DNA of 64,000 nt from an uncultured Clostridia bacterium (GTDB lineage: Bacteria; Bacillota; Clostridia; Christensenellales; UBA1242). The notes below the pieces were generated by a model. The model had not been told where the DNA came from. It searched no databases and worked only from the letters and a program-made list of their open reading frames with translations. How positions within the stretch are numbered: the stretch's first letter is position 1; each line of letters begins with the position of its first letter. Below, piece by piece: positions 19,790 through 30,434 of this stretch. The position numbers and the translations under genes are program-made. The stretch spans positions 4,378-68,377 of the forward strand of contig CALWJY010000001.1 in NCBI GenBank assembly GCA_944381135.1. Reading direction: 5' to 3'.

Positions 19790-21568
19790 ATGAAAAAAAG
19801 AAGTGAAATTGAGGAAAGATTTAAGTGGGATTTGACCAAATTTTGCAAGGATGACAAAGAGTTTTATTCTCGTCTTGATGCTGTTGCACAAAAAATTGGT
19901 GAATTTAAGAAATATGAAGGGAAACTTTCAAATGACGACACCCTTTTTGAGTGTTTGGAGTTTGAAAGCATTTTTGGTATTGAGATTTCGCTGATTGCAG
20001 AATATGCTCATCTTCGACTTTGTGAAAACAATGCGGAAAGGTCGGCAAATGAAATGACGGAAAAACTGAGCGTTGTTGGGGCAAAATTTTCAACTGCAAC
20101 TTCATATATTGATGTTGAAATCAGCAAGTTTAGTGATGAAAAATTGAAAGCGCTTCAAAACTATTCAAAATTCAAAAATTATAAGAGGTTTTTTGAAGCG
20201 GTGCTTCGCGACAAAAAACACACCCTCTCCAAGAAAGAAGAGTTGTTGATTTCAAGGATGTCCGAATTTTTGGGCGGATATTCAAGTTGCTATGACAAGT
20301 TTTCTGATGTTGACTTGAAGTTTGACAAAATTAAAGATTCAAAAGGTGTCGAACACGAGTTTAATCAGTCGAATTATTCCATTTACGCCGAAAGCAAAGA
20401 CCGCACATTGCGTGAGAACGCGTTTAGGGAAATCAACGGAAAGCGCGGAGAATTCATTAATTTTCTTGCCACAAACTACATCAATGACATCAAAGAGACT
20501 TGTGTGTTTGCAAAGATAAGAAAACACAAATCGGCGCTTTCTGCTTCAATCTTCAATGAAGAGGCAAGCGAAGATGTTTACAACATGCTCATAAAGAAAG
20601 TGCGCGAGAATGTTGATTTGCAGGCGAGATATTTTGAAATTAAACGCAAAATGTTGAAGTTGCCAGAATTTGCAGTCTACGACACATTTGCGCCGGTGGT
20701 GAAAGATGTTGAAAAGAAATATACCTATGATGAAGCAATCGACCTCATCAAAGAGGCGGTTTCGTGCTTGGGTGAAGAATATGTTTCGTTGATTCAGTGT
20801 GCAAAAGACGAGCGCTGGATTGATGTCATGCCAAATCAAAACAAAGACAGTGGGGCATTTTCAAGTGGGGTTTATGGTGCAACGCCTGTTGTGCTGATGA
20901 ACTTCGAGGGAAATCTTGAAAGTGTGTTCATTTTGGCGCACGAACTTGGTCATGCAATGCACACCTATCATTCTTGCAAACATCAGCCTGTCCAAACCGC
21001 AGACTATGTGATTTTTGTGGCAGAAGTGGCAAGCAATGTCAACGAACAACTGCTTTTGCGTCACTTGCTTTCGAAGGCAAAGACAAACGATGAAAAAATT
21101 TTCTTATATGACCACTTTTTGAAAGATATGCGCTCTTCAATTTTCAGGCAGACAATGTTTGCCGAATTTGAGCAGTTTGCACATGAGGAATATGAGAAGG
21201 AAAATCCACTTTCTGCCGAATTTTTGTGTGAGAAATATGAAGAACTCAACAATTTCTATCATGGCAAAAATGTTGTGCAAATTCCTGAAATGAAGTTTGA
21301 ATGGGCAAGAATTCCACATTTCTATCGCAGATTTTATGTGTATAAATATGCAACCGGTTTGATTTGTGCAATCAAAATTGCTTCAAAACTTTTGACAGAA
21401 AAAGGCTTTGCGAAGAAATATTTAAAATTCCTCTCAGCAGGTTGCTCAGCCGACCCAATTTCACTTTTGAAAATTGCAGATTGCGACCTTACAAAAGAAG
21501 AAACTTTTGATGACGCCTTCAAAACATGTGAAGAATACATCAAGAAATGGGAGACTTTGTTGCAATAA
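19790..21568 (+). CDS. pepF: oligoendopeptidase F (M3B)
   Basis: KDSGAFS, LAHELGHAMH, AEVAS, WARIPHFY, YVYKYATG. Confidence 0.95.
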   Translation: MKKRSEIEERFKWDLTKFCKDDKEFYSRLDAVAQKIGEFKKYEGKLSNDDTLFECLEFESIFGIEISLIAEYAHLRLCENNAERSANEMTEKLSVVGAKFSTATSYIDVEISKFSDEKLKALQNYSKFKNYKRFFEAVLRDKKHTLSKKEELLISRMSEFLGGYSSCYDKFSDVDLKFDKIKDSKGVEHEFNQSNYSIYAESKDRTLRENAFREINGKRGEFINFLATNYINDIKETCVFAKIRKHKSALSASIFNEEASEDVYNMLIKKVRENVDLQARYFEIKRKMLKLPEFAVYDTFAPVVKDVEKKYTYDEAIDLIKEAVSCLGEEYVSLIQCAKDERWIDVMPNQNKDSGAFSSGVYGATPVVLMNFEGNLESVFILAHELGHAMHTYHSCKHQPVQTADYVIFVAEVASNVNEQLLLRHLLSKAKTNDEKIFLYDHFLKDMRSSIFRQTMFAEFEQFAHEEYEKENPLSAEFLCEKYEELNNFYHGKNVVQIPEMKFEWARIPHFYRRFYVYKYATGLICAIKIASKLLTEKGFAKKYLKFLSAGCSADPISLLKIADCDLTKEETFDDAFKTCEEYIKKWETLLQ

Positions 21569-21675
21569 TCAACTCAAAAACGAAACTTTATGGTTTATTT
21601 AAAATTATGTTTTTCGTTTCATTCGTTTCTTTAGAGTCTTTATGAACATTTCATTGAAAAATTAAACAATCGTTT

Positions 21676-21702
21676 ATGCACACTTTAAGGTGTGCATTTT
21701 TT
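21676..21702 (+). terminator. intrinsic terminator (pepF)
   Basis: ATGCACAC-tttaag-GTGTGCAT followed by a T-run. Confidence 0.65.
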
Positions 21703-21823
21703 ATAAGTGCAAAAAGTGATTTTTTATGAATTTGATTTTATATAAATTTTTACACGGATAAAACCAAAAATATGTTTTAATATTCATAAAAATGCATAAA
21801 TATGCAAAACAATTTATAAAAAT

Positions 21824-21867
21824 AAAAAAGAGCAAGAAGTTTTATATGGTTTCTTGCTCTTCTTTTT
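21824..21867. terminator. probable bidirectional terminator
   Basis: AAGAGCAAGAA...TTCTTGCTCTT flanked by A and T runs, between convergent genes. Confidence 0.55.
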
Positions 21868-22014
21868 GGATATCATGTTAAGTTTTTATTGTTTATATTT
21901 TTAAAGACATTCGAAATTTTATAGATTTTTAAGATCTTCCAATTTTATTTTTCAAGAAATTTAAGTTTTAAAGACTATTTCTGAAATTTAAGAGAACTTA
22001 ACCTGCTTGAAATC

Positions 22015-22227
22015 TCATTGATTGTTTCGATTTCCGATTAGATATCCGATTGTGAAATAAAGGATGTTTTCGCTCACACAAATTTGATTGCCAAAACAAC
22101 AAGGGGAATGATGTGGCTGGCAAGGACAACATTGTGGAGGACATTGCGGTGGGCATTGCGGTCTGCAACATCCACCCGGACGCAAATCTTGGTAACAACC
22201 CGGACAGTATCTTGTTGAATAGTTCAT
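22015..22227 (-). CDS. 70-aa Cys/Pro-rich protein, candidate spore coat/exosporium protein
   Basis: GGAGG RBS 7 nt upstream; CPPQ repeats; SigK-like promoter. Confidence 0.7.
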   Translation of the reverse strand: MNYSTRYCPGCYQDLRPGGCCRPQCPPQCPPQCCPCQPHHSPCCFGNQICVSENILYFTIGYLIGNRNNQ

Positions 22228-22245
22228 TTGTTTGCCTCCATTATC

Positions 22246-22271
22246 AATCTATGTGCATTTTGAAAAAATGT
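22246..22271 (-). promoter_or_regulatory. SigK-like promoter
   Basis: AC-16-CATAGATT on the minus strand. Confidence 0.5.
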
Positions 22272-22458
22272 CACTTGTTTTTGAGATTAATTTATTTTAT
22301 AGAAAAGTGGGGCTAAAACCACAAACGCACTGAATGAGCACTGATTATATTTTGCCGTTTTGGTTGGTCAATTTTGCATAAAAAATTTTATCTTTGATTT
22401 GCGAATGAATTATTTTCTTCCGCTTTGCATTTGGTTTTTGTTGTGATATAATTGGAAT

Positions 22459-23205
22459 ATGAAAAGATTGGATGTCCTTTTGGTTGAAATAGGTTTGTAT
22501 CCCTCAAGAGAAAAGGCAAAACAAGCAATTGAAAGTGGAAGAGTTGAAGTGAACGGGCAAAAGGTCACTAAGCCTGCTTTGCTTTTTGATGAAAACTGCA
22601 CAATCAATGCTCTTCCTTTTGAATTCGTTTCAAGAGGTGGTTTCAAATTGCAAAAAGCGCTTGAGGAATTTGAAATCAATCTGTCTGGACGAACGGTTCT
22701 GGATGTTGGGGCGTCAACGGGAGGCTTCACAGATGTGTGTTTGCAAAATGGAGCAGAAAAAGTTTTTGCGGTTGACACAGGCGAGGGGCAACTTGTTGAA
22801 AGTTTGAGAAAAGATGGGCGTGTCGTGAATTTGGAAAATACCAACTTTCTTACGCTTAAAAAAGAAGAATTGAAAGATGTCAGTTTTGTTTGTGTGGATG
22901 TTTCCTTTGTCAGTCTGACGAAACTTGCATGGAAATTTGCAGAATTGTTTGCAGATAATGTCAATTTTGCAGGTGTTGGCAGTGTTGATATTGTTGCACT
23001 CATCAAGCCACAGTTTGAGTGCGGACTTCAGTATGCGCGCAAACACAAAGGAGTTGTCAAAGATGAAAAAATCAGGCAAAAAGCAATCAAAGATGTTGTT
23101 GATGCTTTTGATGCTGTCGGATTTAAAAATCGAGGAATTGTCACTTCGCCAATTAAGGGCGGAGATGGCAATGTGGAATTTTTGGCTTGGTTTTCAAGCA
23201 AGTGA
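22459..23205 (+). CDS. tlyA: TlyA-family S4-domain rRNA methyltransferase
   Basis: RLDVLL (S4), FVSRGGFKL, DVGASTGGFT, DVSFVSL, LIKPQFE, GNVEFL. Confidence 0.95.
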   Translation: MKRLDVLLVEIGLYPSREKAKQAIESGRVEVNGQKVTKPALLFDENCTINALPFEFVSRGGFKLQKALEEFEINLSGRTVLDVGASTGGFTDVCLQNGAEKVFAVDTGEGQLVESLRKDGRVVNLENTNFLTLKKEELKDVSFVCVDVSFVSLTKLAWKFAELFADNVNFAGVGSVDIVALIKPQFECGLQYARKHKGVVKDEKIRQKAIKDVVDAFDAVGFKNRGIVTSPIKGGDGNVEFLAWFSSK

Positions 23206-23323
23206 TTTTTGATTGTTAATAACTTTTTGTTTTGTCAATTTTATAAATTTAAAATTTAAAAATCGTTCCAGATTTTTTTATTGAAATCTGATGCAAATTT
23301 TGCCGTTTTAAATTTTTTCTTAA

Positions 23324-24124
23324 TCAAACCTTTTGTTTCTTGTTTGGGTTTTTATAGAAAATTCTGGTCAAAGTTTTTGTCATAAAATTGTCGGTGAGGG
23401 CTTTTCTGCAGAAATTGAAGAATTTATATTGTTTGCCAATGATGTAACGAGGTTTAAGATGTTTTTTCTCGCAGATTTTGTGCAACTTTTTGATGGCGTT
23501 TTCAGGCTTCATTCTGCGACTTTCCGTTTTTTCGGTTGGTTTTGTGGAAAGTTCGATTGAATTTCCATATCTCTCATTTGTTTCATAGTTTTTCACTCGG
23601 TTGTTTGAGAAATTTGTTCGGATGTCGCCAGGGCAAATGGAGGTGACTTGAATGTTTGTGTGGCTCAGTTCCATTCTGAGACTGTGGGCGAAACTGTCAA
23701 CTGCGGACTTACTGGCACAGTAGTAAGCCTTAAATGGCAACGGAAACAGACCTGCAGCAGATGAAATGATGACAATTTTTCCGTTCTTCTTCATCATTGG
23801 AATGGCATATTTGCAGGCATTTGCAGTGCCGAAGAAGTTGACCTCAAACTGTTTTTTTGTGTCGCTCTCTTTGAGAAGTTCGACTGCACCACTCAAGCCA
23901 TAGCCGGCGCAGGTGATGAGCATGTCAATTTCGCCATAGTTGAGGAGGATGTCGTCAAAGGTAGATTTCAACTTCTTGTGGTCGGCGACATCAATGGCAT
24001 AGTCTTTTCCGCTGAGAGAAATGTCAATCACCTTGTCTCCAAGTTTTTCAAATTTTTCTTTAAGTCCAAGACCAAGACCGCTTGAAGCGCCGGTGATGAC
24101 AATTGTTCTTTTTTCAATTCTCAT
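23324..24124 (-). CDS. short-chain dehydrogenase/reductase
   Basis: TGASSGLG, CAGYG, YCASK. Start taken at ATG 24124 after GGAGAG. Confidence 0.92.
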   Translation of the reverse strand: MRIEKRTIVITGASSGLGLGLKEKFEKLGDKVIDISLSGKDYAIDVADHKKLKSTFDDILLNYGEIDMLITCAGYGLSGAVELLKESDTKKQFEVNFFGTANACKYAIPMMKKNGKIVIISSAAGLFPLPFKAYYCASKSAVDSFAHSLRMELSHTNIQVTSICPGDIRTNFSNNRVKNYETNERYGNSIELSTKPTEKTESRRMKPENAIKKLHKICEKKHLKPRYIIGKQYKFFNFCRKALTDNFMTKTLTRIFYKNPNKKQKV

Positions 24125-24551
24125 AATTTTCTCTCCGTTTTCTTTATGGTTTTTATTTTTTCTTGCCAAATCTAAAGGAATTTGTTTAAAAATTTAATAC
24201 AATTATATATAAATTTTCGACATCACGGGATGTTGGAGGTTGCAAGAAGATTGCTTTTCAAGTTTCATCTATTGCTCTTTTAATCATTTTATAACAAAAT
24301 CTGTTTTTTTCAAAATAATTTGACAAATAATTTGGTAAAATGTTAATATAGCATATAATGTGTTTCAAATGAATTGAAAAACATTGGCGCATGGTTTGAG
24401 AATTTTTAAATTATGAGAATTTTTAAATTCGAGAAATTTGAGCAGAGGAAATTTGAATAAAGAGAAATTATGCAAAAATCTTTCAACAAACTGAAAAGGA
24501 CGTCATCTGAAATTTGAATTTTGGAATATTTGCAAACTTTGGAGGGAAAAT

Positions 24552-25076
24552 ATGTATTATATGAACAAAACAAAACGAAACTTAATTCTTGCAGCGGCAA
24601 TTTTGAACTTAATTGGAATCACTGCAAGTTTAGTCCTTTCAATTATATTAATTGTCAATCGTGAAGCAGTGCAGGAATATTTGGAACTTTACTATTTTGT
24701 CAGTTATTCCACCAACATTGTTTACACAATCATTTCATTTATAATTGGTTTGGTTGGAAGCATTTTGTTGATTTATTCTGTGCGCGCAAAAGGAAAATAT
24801 TTCAGAAGGTCGCAGGGGATGTATCTCACAGGTTTCATCATCATAATCTTCTTTGGCGGATTTATTCCTTGGATTTTGCTTTTCATCTCTCTGTTTGTTT
24901 CAGATGTGATTGTCATCAATTCTCGAAGTGAACTTAGAGAAGAAGAAAAACAGGAAATCAAAAACGACCAAGCCTATGAACTCAAAAAGAGAAAAATTGA
25001 AGAATTGAAGCGTTTGCGTGACAGTGGAGAAATCACTGAAGAGGAATATAAACAAAAACTTTTTGAGTTGCTCTGA
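24552..25076 (+). CDS. membrane protein with C-terminal SHOCT domain
   Basis: Three to four hydrophobic segments; LKRLRDSGEITEEEYKQK; GGAGG RBS. Confidence 0.8.
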   Translation: MYYMNKTKRNLILAAAILNLIGITASLVLSIILIVNREAVQEYLELYYFVSYSTNIVYTIISFIIGLVGSILLIYSVRAKGKYFRRSQGMYLTGFIIIIFFGGFIPWILLFISLFVSDVIVINSRSELREEEKQEIKNDQAYELKKRKIEELKRLRDSGEITEEEYKQKLFELL

Positions 25077-25089
25077 TTTTTGAAAAGTT

Positions 25090-25134
25090 TGCATACTACA
25101 CAAAATATGGTGTATTATTCATTGCATAATACAC
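25090..25134. repeat. palindromic repeat family, copy B
   Basis: TGCATACTACAC-aaaatatg-GTGTATTATTCA-t-TGCATAATACAC. Confidence 0.7.
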
Positions 25135-25270
25135 TATATTTTTTATTTTCGTGAAATTTTCACAATTTGCAATTTCTTTGAAATTTTGGAGAATTTTTGG
25201 AGGATTTTAAGATTTTTGTTTTTTTATGACTTTTCTTTATGGCTTTTTGGCACACTGTTTTTGAGGTTTG

Positions 25271-25786
25271 TCATTCTTGCTTTTTTAAGACTTCTCTTTT
25301 TGATTTAAAAAAGTTTGTCAAAAGGTCTGAGCACTCCTTTTCATTTTCCTCATCTTGCGCAAAAATGCATTTGTGGTTTAAGCGGTTGCTTGTGAGAATT
25401 TGCTCGAAGAGGTTGTCTTGCGATGTTTTTTCTTTTGCCCCATATGTCACTTTTTCAAGGCGAGCATTTGCAATTGCGCCAGCACACATTGGACATGGCT
25501 CAAGTGTGACATATATCTCGCAACCGTCAAGTCTCCAACTGTGAAGTTTTTTGCAAGCCTTCTCAATTGCCACCACTTCGGCATGCATAAGGGCATTTTG
25601 CTTTCTTTCGCGCATGTTTCGTCCTTTGGAAAGAATTTTTCCGTCTTTCACAATCACAGCACCAATTGGAACTTCTCCTTTTTTGAGTGCCTTTTTTGCT
25701 TCCTCAATTGCAATTTGTATGAAATTTTCTTGAGAAGTTTTGGTTTCTTTTGTTTGCTTTGTTGTTTGTTTTGTTTGTTTGTTCAT
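25271..25786 (-). CDS. tadA: tRNA adenosine(34) deaminase
   Basis: GEVPIGAV, HAE, WRL, TLEPCPMCAGAI. Confidence 0.92.
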   Translation of the reverse strand: MNKQTKQTTKQTKETKTSQENFIQIAIEEAKKALKKGEVPIGAVIVKDGKILSKGRNMRERKQNALMHAEVVAIEKACKKLHSWRLDGCEIYVTLEPCPMCAGAIANARLEKVTYGAKEKTSQDNLFEQILTSNRLNHKCIFAQDEENEKECSDLLTNFFKSKREVLKKQE

Positions 25787-25931
25787 TTTTTCCTCAATTT
25801 ACTTAATTTTTCTTTTTCTCCATTTCTGTCTTGCTTCTTCTTGTTTTTTATTTGAATATTTTAAACAAAAAATTGATGTTTGTCCAACAGATTGTTTGTT
25901 TTTTCAAAAATTTTGTGATATTATATTTTCC

Positions 25932-26948
25932 ATGAGTGACATTTCAGACGCATTAAAACAATATAAACCACGAAATTTCTACTCCATTCGCGACAGCGGA
26001 ATTGTCTATCTTTGGGCAATTCTTTTGCCTTTGGTTGTTGGAATTGTTTTTGGATACATCTCCATGTTTATTGCCTCAAATTTTGGCATGGAGTTTGCTG
26101 AGGGGAGCAATATTATTGCGGACCTTTTCGCAAACTATCTTTGGTTCAGCATTCCGTATGCGCTTCTGACGCAAATTGTTTTTGTGTGCCTCTATTTTGT
26201 TTTCCACAAAGTCAACAAAATTTCATATAAAGCCACAACAATTTCTTTCAAAAAAGCAAACATTTGGACGGCTTTTCTTTCAGTTTTGGTGGGCATAATT
26301 TGTGTTCTTGGCTTCATTTGGTTGATTGAAGGTTGTTTTGGCGCGATGTTTGACCGTATGGGAATTGAAACATCTTCATTGGGGCTTCCTCTCAGCAATG
26401 TTGGATGGCTTTTCCTTAACTTGCTTATTCTTGGTGTTGTGCCGGCAATTTGTGAGGAGTTCATTTTCAGAGGAATCGTCTTCAAAGGACTTCGCGAAAA
26501 ATTCTCGGGCACGGCAAGTGTGCTTCTCTGCGGGCTTATGTTTGCACTCATTCACCAAAGCATAACGCAGTTCATCTATCCGTTCATTTTGGGTTGTCTG
26601 CTTTCGTTTGTCATGGAGAAAACCAACAATTTGCTCTACCCAATTCTCATCCACATGTTCAACAATTTCACAACCATAATCATCAGTTTCTTGCAGGAGA
26701 CGGGCGTCATCACGCTTTCTTTCAATGTTGCTTGGTGGGGTGTGATTTGTGCAATTTTGATTGCTGTTGCAACTTGCGCACTTTTGTGGGTGATTTATCG
26801 TTTCTATCTCAAAAAACAGCAAAAACTTGAGGAAGAAAGAAGCGGACAGGTGACACAAGCGCCACCAATTATGGTTGGGAAACTTCCGCTGACAATTGTT
26901 TGCGGAATCATCTGCACTGTCATCTTGATTGTTATAAATTTACTTTAA
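25932..26948 (+). CDS. CPBP (CAAX/Abi) intramembrane metalloprotease
   Basis: PAICEEFIFRG, FALIH, HMFNN. Start taken at ATG 25932. Confidence 0.9.
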   Translation: MSDISDALKQYKPRNFYSIRDSGIVYLWAILLPLVVGIVFGYISMFIASNFGMEFAEGSNIIADLFANYLWFSIPYALLTQIVFVCLYFVFHKVNKISYKATTISFKKANIWTAFLSVLVGIICVLGFIWLIEGCFGAMFDRMGIETSSLGLPLSNVGWLFLNLLILGVVPAICEEFIFRGIVFKGLREKFSGTASVLLCGLMFALIHQSITQFIYPFILGCLLSFVMEKTNNLLYPILIHMFNNFTTIIISFLQETGVITLSFNVAWWGVICAILIAVATCALLWVIYRFYLKKQQKLEEERSGQVTQAPPIMVGKLPLTIVCGIICTVILIVINLL

Positions 26949-27025
26949 GGAGAGTAAGATATTTTAACGAAATGTCTTGCAAGCGTTGCTTGTGAGGCTG
27001 ACAAAGAAAAACAAGGACTTTCGCT

Positions 27026-28213
27026 ATGTCAAAAAGAATTTCATACTTCACCAATCTAATCTATTTTGTTGTGCTTGTGGTTTTTGTTGTGGTCAGGGTT
27101 TGTTCTGCCTATGGTCTTTTTTCTTTTATGGGTGAATATGGCTCATACATCATGAGTTTCATCACGCAAGTTGGAATCATTTTCTTGCTTCCGCTTGTGC
27201 TTTTCAAAATGCTGAACAAATTTTCTTTCAGAACAACTTTCAATTTCTATGGTTTCAAAAAAGTTTCCTACAAAACCGTGCTTGTTGCAATTGTGCTTGG
27301 GGCGGTGGTGTTTCTCTTGAATGTCTATGTTTCAAGTTTTTTCAACTCCATGATTCAACTTTTCGGCTACACACCATCGTCTTCCTCGTCCTCGCTTCCT
27401 GCAACTTGGTGGGTGTTTGTGCTTAACCTCATTACCACCGCCATTTTGCCTGCAATTTGCGAGGAAACTTTGCACAGAGGCATGCTTTTGAAAGGCAATT
27501 CTCAAATGGGCATAAAGAAAAGCATCATCATTTCGGGCTTTCTGTTTGGACTTCTGCACCTGAACATAGAGCAATTTTTCTATGCCACCATCATTGGTTT
27601 GTTTTTGGGATATCTTTGCTGGGGTTGCAACTCAATCTATCCTTGCATAATTGTGCATTTCATGAACAACGCAATCAGTGTTTTTCTCTCGTTTGCGCAG
27701 GCAAAGGGATGGGCAATTGGAAACATTCTGAACACTTTTTCAAACTTTGTTCTTCAAAGTGGAGCAATTGGTTTTTTGATTTTTGTGCTTGTTTTGGTGC
27801 TTTTTGTGGTGATTGCAATTGAACTGACGCGCTTTTTGATTAAAGATTCTTTCAACTACAACTTCGGCAGGCGTCAAAAAGAACTTGCCAACATGGCAAT
27901 CAGAGACAGTTTTTTCAGACAAATTGACGACATCAAAAACGACCAACAAGTTGAAAATTCCATCTATTCGACAGATAAAAACATAATTTACATCGATTTT
28001 AAAGATTTCTTGGAATTTGTCAACAAGAATTTTGAAAATCTTAAGAAAGAGGTTGGTGGTGCAGAGAACAAATTTGCTGGTAAGAATGAAAAAATTTCGA
28101 AGCAAAAACCAATTGAGAATGTGGACCTTAAAATCAAAATTTTGATGTGGGGGTCGATTGCGCTTTCGGCGGTGGTCACATTTATGACTTTCATTTGGGG
28201 GCTGCTGCGATGA
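27026..28213 (+). CDS. CPBP (CAAX/Abi) intramembrane metalloprotease with soluble C-terminal insert
   Basis: PAICEETLHRG, FGLLH, HFMNN. Confidence 0.9.
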   Translation: MSKRISYFTNLIYFVVLVVFVVVRVCSAYGLFSFMGEYGSYIMSFITQVGIIFLLPLVLFKMLNKFSFRTTFNFYGFKKVSYKTVLVAIVLGAVVFLLNVYVSSFFNSMIQLFGYTPSSSSSSLPATWWVFVLNLITTAILPAICEETLHRGMLLKGNSQMGIKKSIIISGFLFGLLHLNIEQFFYATIIGLFLGYLCWGCNSIYPCIIVHFMNNAISVFLSFAQAKGWAIGNILNTFSNFVLQSGAIGFLIFVLVLVLFVVIAIELTRFLIKDSFNYNFGRRQKELANMAIRDSFFRQIDDIKNDQQVENSIYSTDKNIIYIDFKDFLEFVNKNFENLKKEVGGAENKFAGKNEKISKQKPIENVDLKIKILMWGSIALSAVVTFMTFIWGLLR

Positions 28214-28668
28214 TGACAATAAATTTGATTTGTGTTGGAAATTTAAAAGAAAAGTTTTCGCGTGAGGAGCAGGCGGAATATCTCAAAAGATTGTCTGCTT
28301 TTTGCAAGGTGAATGTTGTTGAAATTAAAGAACAAAACCAACTTCAACAGCCGGCATTGATTGTTGAAAAAGAGAGTGAGGAAATTTTGTCTCATCTTTC
28401 GGGATACATAATTCTTTGTGACATTGAGGCAAAGGAGAGTTCAAGCCCTGCATTTGCAAAACACTTGCAAGACCTTATGCAAACAACATCCACAATTTCT
28501 TTTGTTGTGGGTGGCAGTTATGGCGTAAGTGAAAAGGTGAGGAAAAAGTGCAATGAAAGAATGTCGTTTTCACCAATGACTTTTCCACACAATCTCTTCC
28601 GCATTATGCTTTTGGAACAAGTCTATCGCGCTTTCACCATTATCAATGGAAAAACATATCATAAATAG
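28210..28668 (+). CDS. rlmH: 23S rRNA m3-pseudouridine-1915 methyltransferase
   Basis: ICVGNLKEK, EYLKRL, GGSYG, SFSPMTFPH, LLEQVYRAF, YHK. ATGA overlap with the upstream gene. Confidence 0.96.
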   Translation: MMTINLICVGNLKEKFSREEQAEYLKRLSAFCKVNVVEIKEQNQLQQPALIVEKESEEILSHLSGYIILCDIEAKESSSPAFAKHLQDLMQTTSTISFVVGGSYGVSEKVRKKCNERMSFSPMTFPHNLFRIMLLEQVYRAFTIINGKTYHK

Positions 28669-28806
28669 GCGAAAAAACTGCGCTGAGGGCTCACATTTGC
28701 CACCTTGTGTCAAATGTATCACTTGTACGCTTGTTTTTTCGCCCTCCGCACCAAACGAAAATCTCGCTTACGCTCGATTTTGTGCGGACTCTCTTGCGAA
28801 GTGGGG
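28668..28806. repeat. structured dispersed repeat (two covarying hairpins), copy 1
   Basis: GGCGAAAAAAC...GTTTTTTCGCC, then TCCGCAC...GTGCGGA, then CTCTCTTGCGAAG; homologous to 36933-37067. Confidence 0.8.
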
Positions 28807-28925
28807 CGCTGTGGGCAAAAAGTGGAATGTGAGTTTGAAACTGCGCTGATGGCTCTCATTTCCAAAATTGTCACTCTGAGGCGTCCATGACGCTTTTTGT
28901 TAATAGTCATTTCAATTCATATTTT

Positions 28926-28954
28926 ATCACTCTGAGCGAAGCCCGTTGGGTCTC
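28926..28954. repeat. REP-like repeat variant
   Basis: ATCACTCTGAGCGAAGCCCGTTGGGTCTC; near-identical start at 37392; partial GTCACTCTGAG at 28870. Confidence 0.7.
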
Positions 28955-29039
28955 GGCAACAATAAACAATGTTGATTTGAAAATTAAATAAATAAAAGCT
29001 GTCATTGACGGAGATTTTTTGAAAATTGGCGCAAAATGC

Positions 29040-29280
29040 TTGATTTTTTCTGCGCGGTGTGATATGATGAGGAAGTCATTGAAGACAAATTAACACTCAA
29101 AGCGTATTTGAAAATCTGTTGCCTGAACGCATTTGGTCTTTGGTTTGTTTGAATTTTCTTTCGAATTTGACCATTTGCAAAAGTGCTTGTGGACTTTGAT
29201 GGGCTGTCCTGTGGCACTTGGGTGGGTTTTTGAAAATTGAAACTTTGGGGAAGACAAAAAACAAGGAGGTATGAAAAATT
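29040..29280 (+). promoter_or_regulatory. rpsB SigA promoter and ~200-nt 5' leader (probable S2 autoregulatory leader)
   Basis: TTGATT-17-TATGAT with extended TG; long untranslated leader, which is typical of rpsB. Confidence 0.55.
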
Positions 29281-30195
29281 ATGTCAGTTATTTCAATGAA
29301 ACAACTTTTGGAGGCTGGTGTTCACTTTGGTCACCAAACAAGAAAATGGAACCCAAAGATGAAAAAATACATTTTCACCGCAAGAAATGATATTCACATC
29401 ATCAACCTCGAACTTACTTCAGAACAAGTGGACAAGGCTTATACATTTGTTCGTGACATTGTTGCAAGCGGAAAAAGTGTGCTTTTTGTTGGCACAAAGA
29501 AACAGGCTCAAGAGGCTGTTAAGGAAGAAGCAGAAAGATGTGGAATGTTCTATGTCAACACTCGTTGGCTTGGCGGAACTCTCACAAACTTCAAAACAAT
29601 CAGAAACAGAATTGAGAGACTCAACAAACTTAATCAAATGGAAAAGGTTGGAGAATTTGACCTTTTGCCTAAAAAAGAAGTTGCTCTTTTGAAACAAGAA
29701 AGAGACAAACTTGAAAAGAACCTTGGCGGAATTAAGGATATGAGAGATTTGCCAGGCGTTATCTTTGTTGTTGACCCATCAAACGAAAAGATTTGCGTTC
29801 ATGAAGCAAAAATTTTGAAAATTCCTGTTGTTAGCCTTGTTGACACAAACTGCGACCCAAGCGATGTGACAGTTGTCATTCCAGGAAATGATGATGCCAT
29901 CCGTTCTGTCAAATTGATTGCAAGTGCAATTGCAGATGCAGTCATTGAGGCAAGAGAAGGCGTTTCCATGAAGAAAGAGGAAGAAGAGGCTCCAGCAGAA
30001 GAAAATGTTGACCTTGAAGCACTTTTGGAACAAGCAAAACCAAGTGTTGAGCAAGCAGAAGCAGGCGAGGAAGAAAAGAAAGCAGCAAAGAAGTCAAGAA
30101 AGAAACCTGCCGTGAAAAAAGAAACAAAGAAAGACGAAAAGTCTGAAGAAAAAGTTGAAGAGAAATCTGAAACCGAAACAAAAACTGAAGAATGA
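29281..30195 (+). CDS. rpsB: 30S ribosomal protein S2 with long charged C-terminal tail
   Basis: [38 protein letters not shown]. Confidence 0.99.
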   Translation: MSVISMKQLLEAGVHFGHQTRKWNPKMKKYIFTARNDIHIINLELTSEQVDKAYTFVRDIVASGKSVLFVGTKKQAQEAVKEEAERCGMFYVNTRWLGGTLTNFKTIRNRIERLNKLNQMEKVGEFDLLPKKEVALLKQERDKLEKNLGGIKDMRDLPGVIFVVDPSNEKICVHEAKILKIPVVSLVDTNCDPSDVTVVIPGNDDAIRSVKLIASAIADAVIEAREGVSMKKEEEEAPAEENVDLEALLEQAKPSVEQAEAGEEEKKAAKKSRKKPAVKKETKKDEKSEEKVEEKSETETKTEE

Positions 30196-30434
30196 TGATT
30201 TTTGTGTCTTAATTTAAAATCTTAACTTTAAAAATTTCGATTTCTTTAAATCGTCAAAAATTACCAAAAATTGACAGTTTTTCAGATTTCGCTTAAATGC
30301 TGAGTTAAAATCTGGAAATTTTACATCAAGTGAAGTTGAAAAGCCCAAAATTTAAGAAATAAAAAATAATACATGAAAAAAACACATCTTCAAAATTAAT
30401 GAGATTGAAAAAGAAAGAAAAGGAGAATTTGATT

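Noticed and set aside
22459-23205. Haemolysin / virulence gene
   Set aside because: The TlyA family is a widespread S4-domain rRNA methyltransferase; nothing here supports a toxin role.
28646-28910. Small ORFs inside the structured repeat (also 37030-37435)
   Set aside because: No RBS, and conservation between copies follows base-pairing rather than codons.
28668-29000. SCC-like island integrated at the rlmH 3' end
   Set aside because: There is no recombinase or cargo; only ~300 nt of repeats precede the rpsB promoter.
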